From the NCBI GenBank assembly GCA_964016885.1, contig OZ024743.1, forward strand, positions 204,786,001 through 204,850,000: a stretch of DNA of 64,000 bases, read 5' to 3'. Below are positions 57,701-64,000 of the stretch, piece after piece. Each line of letters begins with the position of its first letter. Position 1 is the first letter of the stretch. The notes under the pieces are model-generated. The model was not told where the DNA came from. It worked only from the letters and a program-made list of their open reading frames with translations, and searched no databases. The DNA is from Eledone cirrhosa (taxonomy: Eukaryota). The position numbers and the translations under genes were made by a program.

Positions 57701-59535
57701 ACCCAATTTTAAACGCAATTAAAAACTGAATTAAAACACTATTAAAAACTCATAAAAAAGGCTCATAAATAATGGGGTTTTCAATTGTTTTTTATGAAAT
57801 TTATAATATGGCTTTTAAAGAACTTTTTAATGGGCTTTTAGTGGAGTTTTTAATGGATTTTTATGGAATTTTAATGGCATTATTAATGGTTTTTTAATTG
57901 GGCTTTTTGTGATGTTTTAATGGCGTTTTTATGACATTTTATTGTGTTTTGTGGCGTTTTAATGGCGTTTTAATTGGTTTGTTATTGGGTTTTTAATAGA
58001 GTTTTATGAACTTTTAATATGGGGTTAATGGGTTTTGAATGTGTTTTCAATGGAACTTTTAATTGAGTTTTTAATGAAATTTCTAATGGGATGTGTAATT
58101 GAATTTTTAATTGGTTTTTAATGGGTTTAGTGGGTTTATAGTGGAGTTTTTAATGGTGTTTTAATGGTGCTTCGATTGAGTTTTTAATTGAGTTTTTAAT
58201 TGAGTTTTTACTGAGTTTTTAATTGAGTTCTTATTTTATTTTATTTTATTTATTTTTTATATTTAATTTTTTTTTATTTTTTTTTATTTTATTTTATTTT
58301 TATTTATTTTATTTTATTTTATTTTATTTTATTTTATTTTATTTTATTTTATTTATTTTATTTTATTTTATTTATATTTTTTAGTTTTTTTTATTTTATT
58401 TTATTTTATTTTTTTTTTTTATTTTTTTTTTTTTTTTTTTTATTTTATTTTATTTTATTTTATTTTATTTTATTTTTTTTTTTATTTTATTTTATTTTAT
58501 TTTATTTTATTTTATTTTATTTTATTTTATTTTATTTTATTTTATTTTATTTTATTTTATTTTATTTTATTTTATTTTATTTTATTGAGTTTTTAATTTA
58601 GTTTATAATTTAGTTTATAACTTAGTTTATAATTTAGTTTATTTCTCCCTCTTCTCCCCCTACTGTCCTCTACAGCCAGATCTGCCTTTCTTTACCCCTC
58701 CCAAGTCTCTTCCCTCTTCTCCCCCTACTGTCCTCTACAGCCTGATCTGCCTTTCTTTACCCCTCCCTAGTCTCTTCATTATTCAGTTTTGTTTTTATCT
58801 TTCTAAAACATCCTAGTTTTAATGAAATTAAAAGGAAATAGCAATCGCTATAAGTGTGCAAGCCAGCATGTAACTTCATGTGTGTGTGTTTTTAATGGAG
58901 TTTTTAATTGAGTTTTAATGGAGTTTTAATTGAGTTTATAATGGAGATTTAAATGGAATTTTTAATTGAGTTTTAATGTAGTTTTAATGGTGTTTTATGC
59001 CGTTTTAATGGTATTTTAATGGGGTTTTTATTTGGTTTTTTATAAAGTTTTGGGTGCGCTTTTAATAGGGGTTTAATGGGTTTTCAGTGTAGTTTTTAAT
59101 GACATTTTTAATGGTTTTCCAATGGAACCTTAGTGGTGTGTTAATGCAATTTTAATTGGTTTAATGGGCTTTTAATTGTGTTTTTAATGGTGTTTTAATT
59201 GAGTTTTTAATTGCGTTTTTATTGAGGTTTTATTTCGGTTTAAATTTGAGGTTTTAATGTCTTTTCGAGGGGGGGGGTTAATGGGGGTTTTAATGGAGTT
59301 TTAATGGGGACTTTTAATGGAAACTTTAATTTTGTTTTAATTGGGTTTTTATGGGTTTCCAATGTGGTTTTTAATGGCGCTTTTATTGGCATTCTTAATG
59401 ATGTTTTAATTGTGCTTTAATGGGGGGTTTGGTTGGGGTTTTAATGGAGTGTTTTATGAGCTTATAATGGGGTTTTTAATGGGTTTTTCAAAATAGATTT
59501 TTAATTGAATTTTTAATGTGGTTTTTAATGGGATT

Positions 59536-59582
<47 letters not shown>

Positions 59583-59616
59583 GTGTGTGTGTATATATAT
59601 ATATATAGTGTGTGCG

Positions 59617-59650
<34 letters not shown>

Positions 59651-60222
59651 ACAAATATTCTTAGTAATTGAGGATGTGTTTTTTATACATACATATGCAT
59701 ATTGCATCCATACATACACACATACAAGCATATACATACACATACACACACATATATATACACACACTGTATATATATACATACACACACACACATATAT
59801 ATATATACACCACACACTATATATATATATAGTGTGTGTGTGTATATATATATGTGTGTGTGTGTGTATGTATATATATATATACAGTGTGTGTATATAT
59901 GTGTGTGTGTATGTCTATGTATATGCTTGTATGTGTGTATGTATGTATGTATGCAATATGCATATGTATGTATAAAAACACATCCTCAATGACTAAGAAA
60001 TTATGTATATGCTAATATTTGTGTTAGTGTCTATATAAATGTATGTATGTAGTATATGCAAGTGTTCGTGCAAATTGAAAATAGATTTAATAATTTTAAT
60101 ATCTAGAACAATGTGATCTAAAAAAAATATTTTTTAAGATACGAATATATCGTTGTCACCTTAATATGGCACTAACGCAAAATATAAATCCCAGTTTATA
60201 TATAGTGTGTAACATGAAAGTG

Positions 60223-60263
<41 letters not shown>

Positions 60264-60286
60264 ATATATATATATATATATATATA

Positions 60287-60321
<35 letters not shown>

Positions 60322-60451
60322 ATATATATATATATATATATATATTTAATATATATATATATATATATTTAATATATATATATATATATATATTTAATAT
60401 ATATATATATATATATATATTTAATATATATATATATATATATATATTTAA

Positions 60452-60484
<33 letters not shown>

Positions 60485-63400
60485 TTAATACACATATATA
60501 TGTGTAAATATATATATACACATATATATGTGTAAATATATATATACACATATATATATACACATATATATGTGTAAATATATATATATACATATATATG
60601 TATGTATATATATATATATATAAACACCATTAAAAACTCCATTGAAAAGCTCATAAAAACTCATTAAAAACCCAATAAAAAGCACACTAAACCACCATTA
60701 AAAGCTACATCCGAAACCCATTAAAAACTATATTAAAACACCATTAAAATTCCATTAAAAACCACATTAAAATCCATTAAAAATCCAATTAAAAACAGTA
60801 AAAACTTAATTGTAAACGTAATCGAAAGCGCAAGTAAAACAACACTAAAACCATTTAACACCCCATTAAAACCCACAAAAATACCACCAGAACCCATTAA
60901 AATCCCATAACCGCCATTAAAATTCCATTAAAAATATTATCAAAAACTTCATTTAAAACACACTGGAAACCCATTAAACTTCATAATTCTCGTTAAAAAA
61001 ATCCATTAAAAACTCAATCAAAAACCCAATTAAAAGGCCATAAAAGAAACATTAAAACAGCATTTAAAATACCATTAAAAACGCCATAAAAAACATTAAA
61101 ATCTCATTAAAAATACATTAAAGGCCCATTAAAAATTCCACTAAAAACCTCATTGAAAACCCCATTTAAAACCTAATTAGAAGCTCATAAAAACTCCCAA
61201 AACCCAATAAAAAACCATTAAAACGTCATTAAAACGTCATAAAACGCTATTAAAACGTCATTAAAAATGTCATTAAAAACTCCATTGATAACTCAATTAA
61301 AAACTGCATTTTACCCCCCTCCTCCCCCATTAAAAACACATTAAACACTCCATTAAAATTACCATTAAAAACCAATTAAATACTCCATTAAACACTATAT
61401 TAAAACCGCAATTATAAATTCTTTAAAAATCCAATTAAAAACCATATTATAAACTCCATTAAAAATCCAATTAAAAACCCTACTGAAAATCCCATTATAA
61501 AATTACATAAAAAACCCATAATAATAGTCCTTTAAAAAACCAATTAAAAATCCTATTAAAACGCCATAAAAAACACCATTAAAACGTCATTAAAAATACA
61601 ATTGAAAACACCATTAAAAAATACATTGCAAATTCCATTAAAAGACCCATTAAAAACTCCATTAAAAACATCACTAAAAAGCCCATTAAAAAGCTCATAA
61701 AACCCATTAAAATACAATTAATAACCAATTAACACTCCATTAAAAACCATTACAACCGTCATTAAAATGCCATAAAATACCATTAAAACGCCATTAAGAA
61801 CGCCATTAAAATCGTCATTAAAAACCTCATTAAAAACTACATTAAAACTTCATTAAAAACTCCATTAAAACCTCCATTATAAACTCTATTAAACTCCATT
61901 AAAAACTCAATTAAATCCCCCATTAAACCCCCATTAAGCCCCATTAAAAGCCCCTGAAAAATGCAACTAAAAACCAATTTTAAAACCCCATTAAAACACA
62001 ATTAAAAGTCCATTGGAAATCCCCATTAAAATTCCATTAAAAATTCATTAAAAACTTAGTAAAAACTCGATTTTATACTCAATTAAAAAGGTAATTGAAA
62101 ACTCAATTAGCACACCATTAAAAACTCATTAAAAAGCCCATAAAAAATCTAATTGAAAAACATTAAAAATTCAGTTAAAAACCTGATTGAAAACCCCAAT
62201 AAAAGTTCATTAAAAAAACTCCATTAAAAAATCAATCAAAACCCCATTAAAATAACATTGAAACTTATCGAAGCGTCATTAAGGATACCATTAAAAAACA
62301 CCATTAAAACGGCATTGAAAACCCATTATAAAAAATTAAAGGATCCGTAAAAAACACCATTATAAATCCATTAAAAACCTAATTGAAAAACCCATTAAAA
62401 CTCAATTTTTAAACTAGATTAAAAACGCAATTAAAAACGCAATTAAAAGCTCAATGAAAAACCATTAAAAACACCATTAAAAACTCTAAAAAAAAAGAGC
62501 ACTAGCCATTAAAACTCCATTAAAACCCATTGAAACCTACTACCCCCATTAAACCCCATTAAAATTGCATTAAACACATTACACATCCATTAAAGCCCAT
62601 TAGAAGGACCATCAAATATTTAAATTTAAACTAAATCAGAAACTCGCTTAAAACACCATTAAAAACACATTAAAATGTCACTAATACCATTAACAACCAC
62701 ACCAAAAACTCCATTAATATACCATTAAAAACCGCATTGAAAACCCATAAAATCCCAAGTAAAGATCTTTTAAAAAACTACATTAAAAACCCAATTAAAA
62801 AACCCATTAAAACGCCATAAAAGTCATTAAAACGTCATTTAAAGTACCATTAAAAACGTCACTAGAAACCCAATTAAAAACACATTAAAAATTCCATTTG
62901 AAACCATATTAAAAATTTCATTAAATGCAATATTGAAAAACCCATTAAAAACACCAGTGAAAACTCATATAAATACTCAATTAAAAAACCAATTAAAAAT
63001 CCTATTTAAACGTCACTAAAACACCATAAAAAACACAATTAAAACGTCATTAAAACACCATTAAACTATCATTAAAAATTACATTGAAAACACCATTAAA
63101 AAGTCAATTAAAACCCTATTAAAAATCCATTAAAAAAGATCATCATGAACGCACTTAAACACCATCAAAAACGCATTAAAAATTAAATTAAAAAGCAATT
63201 AATTTTTTTTATCAAACCCCCATTAAAATTCCATTAAACACTCCATTAAAAACAACATTGAAAACCCCCATTAAAAGCTCATACAAAATTATATTAAAAA
63301 CCCAATAAAAACAATTACAACGCCATTAAAACATCATAAAAACTCATTAAAATGTCATTTAAAATGCCATTAAAACCCTCACGGGGGAAAACGCAATTAA

Positions 63401-64000
63401 AAACACCATTAGAAATTTCATTAAAAACTCCATTAAAAATCATATTTAAAGTCAATTAGAACCCTTATTATAAATTCCATTAAAACCCATTAAGTATCCA
63501 ATTGAAAAATCCATTAAGAGCTCATTAAAAATACTCCATTAAAAACCCAATTAAAAATCATTAAAACGCATTTAAACACCATAAAAACACAATTAAAACG
63601 CCATTAAAAAGACCATTAAAAACTCCATTAAAACATCCTTGAATCTATTAAAAATTTCATTAAAAACGCAATCAAAAATTCCATTAAAAACCCATTTAAA
63701 AACTCATAAACAACACCATTGAAAACCCAATTAAAAACTCCATAAAAAACCCATTAAACACCATCGAAAATCACATTAAAATTCCATTAAAACACCATTA
63801 AAAAGCCATTAAAACCCAATTTTAAACGCAATTAAAAACTGAATTAAAACACTATTAAAAACTCATAAAAAAGGCTCATAAATAATGGGGTTTTCAATTG
63901 TTTTTTATGAAATTTATAATATGGCTTTTAATGAACTTTTTAATGGGCTTTTAGTGGAGTTTTTAATGGATTTTTATGTAATTTTTAATGGCATTATTAA

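Overview
Non-coding, very AT-rich, eukaryotic-type repetitive DNA with no credible gene. The window is a head-to-tail array of a ~6 kb macrosatellite: 10 full units plus a partial one, starting at about 1, 6018, 12061, 18001, 23960, 32375, 38568, 44705, 50823, 56650 and 62761. Each unit contains a degenerate 9-11 bp CCATTAAAA-type minisatellite in both orientations, (TTTTA)n and (TA)n microsatellites, a 2x65 bp pyrimidine-rich duplication and a ~400 bp TA-centred palindrome with a one-sided unique tail. Unit 5 alone carries a ~2.38 kb insertion (27694-30070) in a (TA)n tract: two ~1.07 kb near-identical inverted arms plus a ~134 bp tail on the right only. Each arm encodes an outward-facing type I hammerhead ribozyme motif (10 bp stem I, CUGAAGA...GAAA core, palindromic minimal stem III, GUU cleavage triplet) with an unusually long stem II. 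This combination is best explained as a non-autonomous Penelope-like retroelement (inverted pLTRs plus tail). That assignment is an inference; no database search was possible. All listed ORFs appear spurious.
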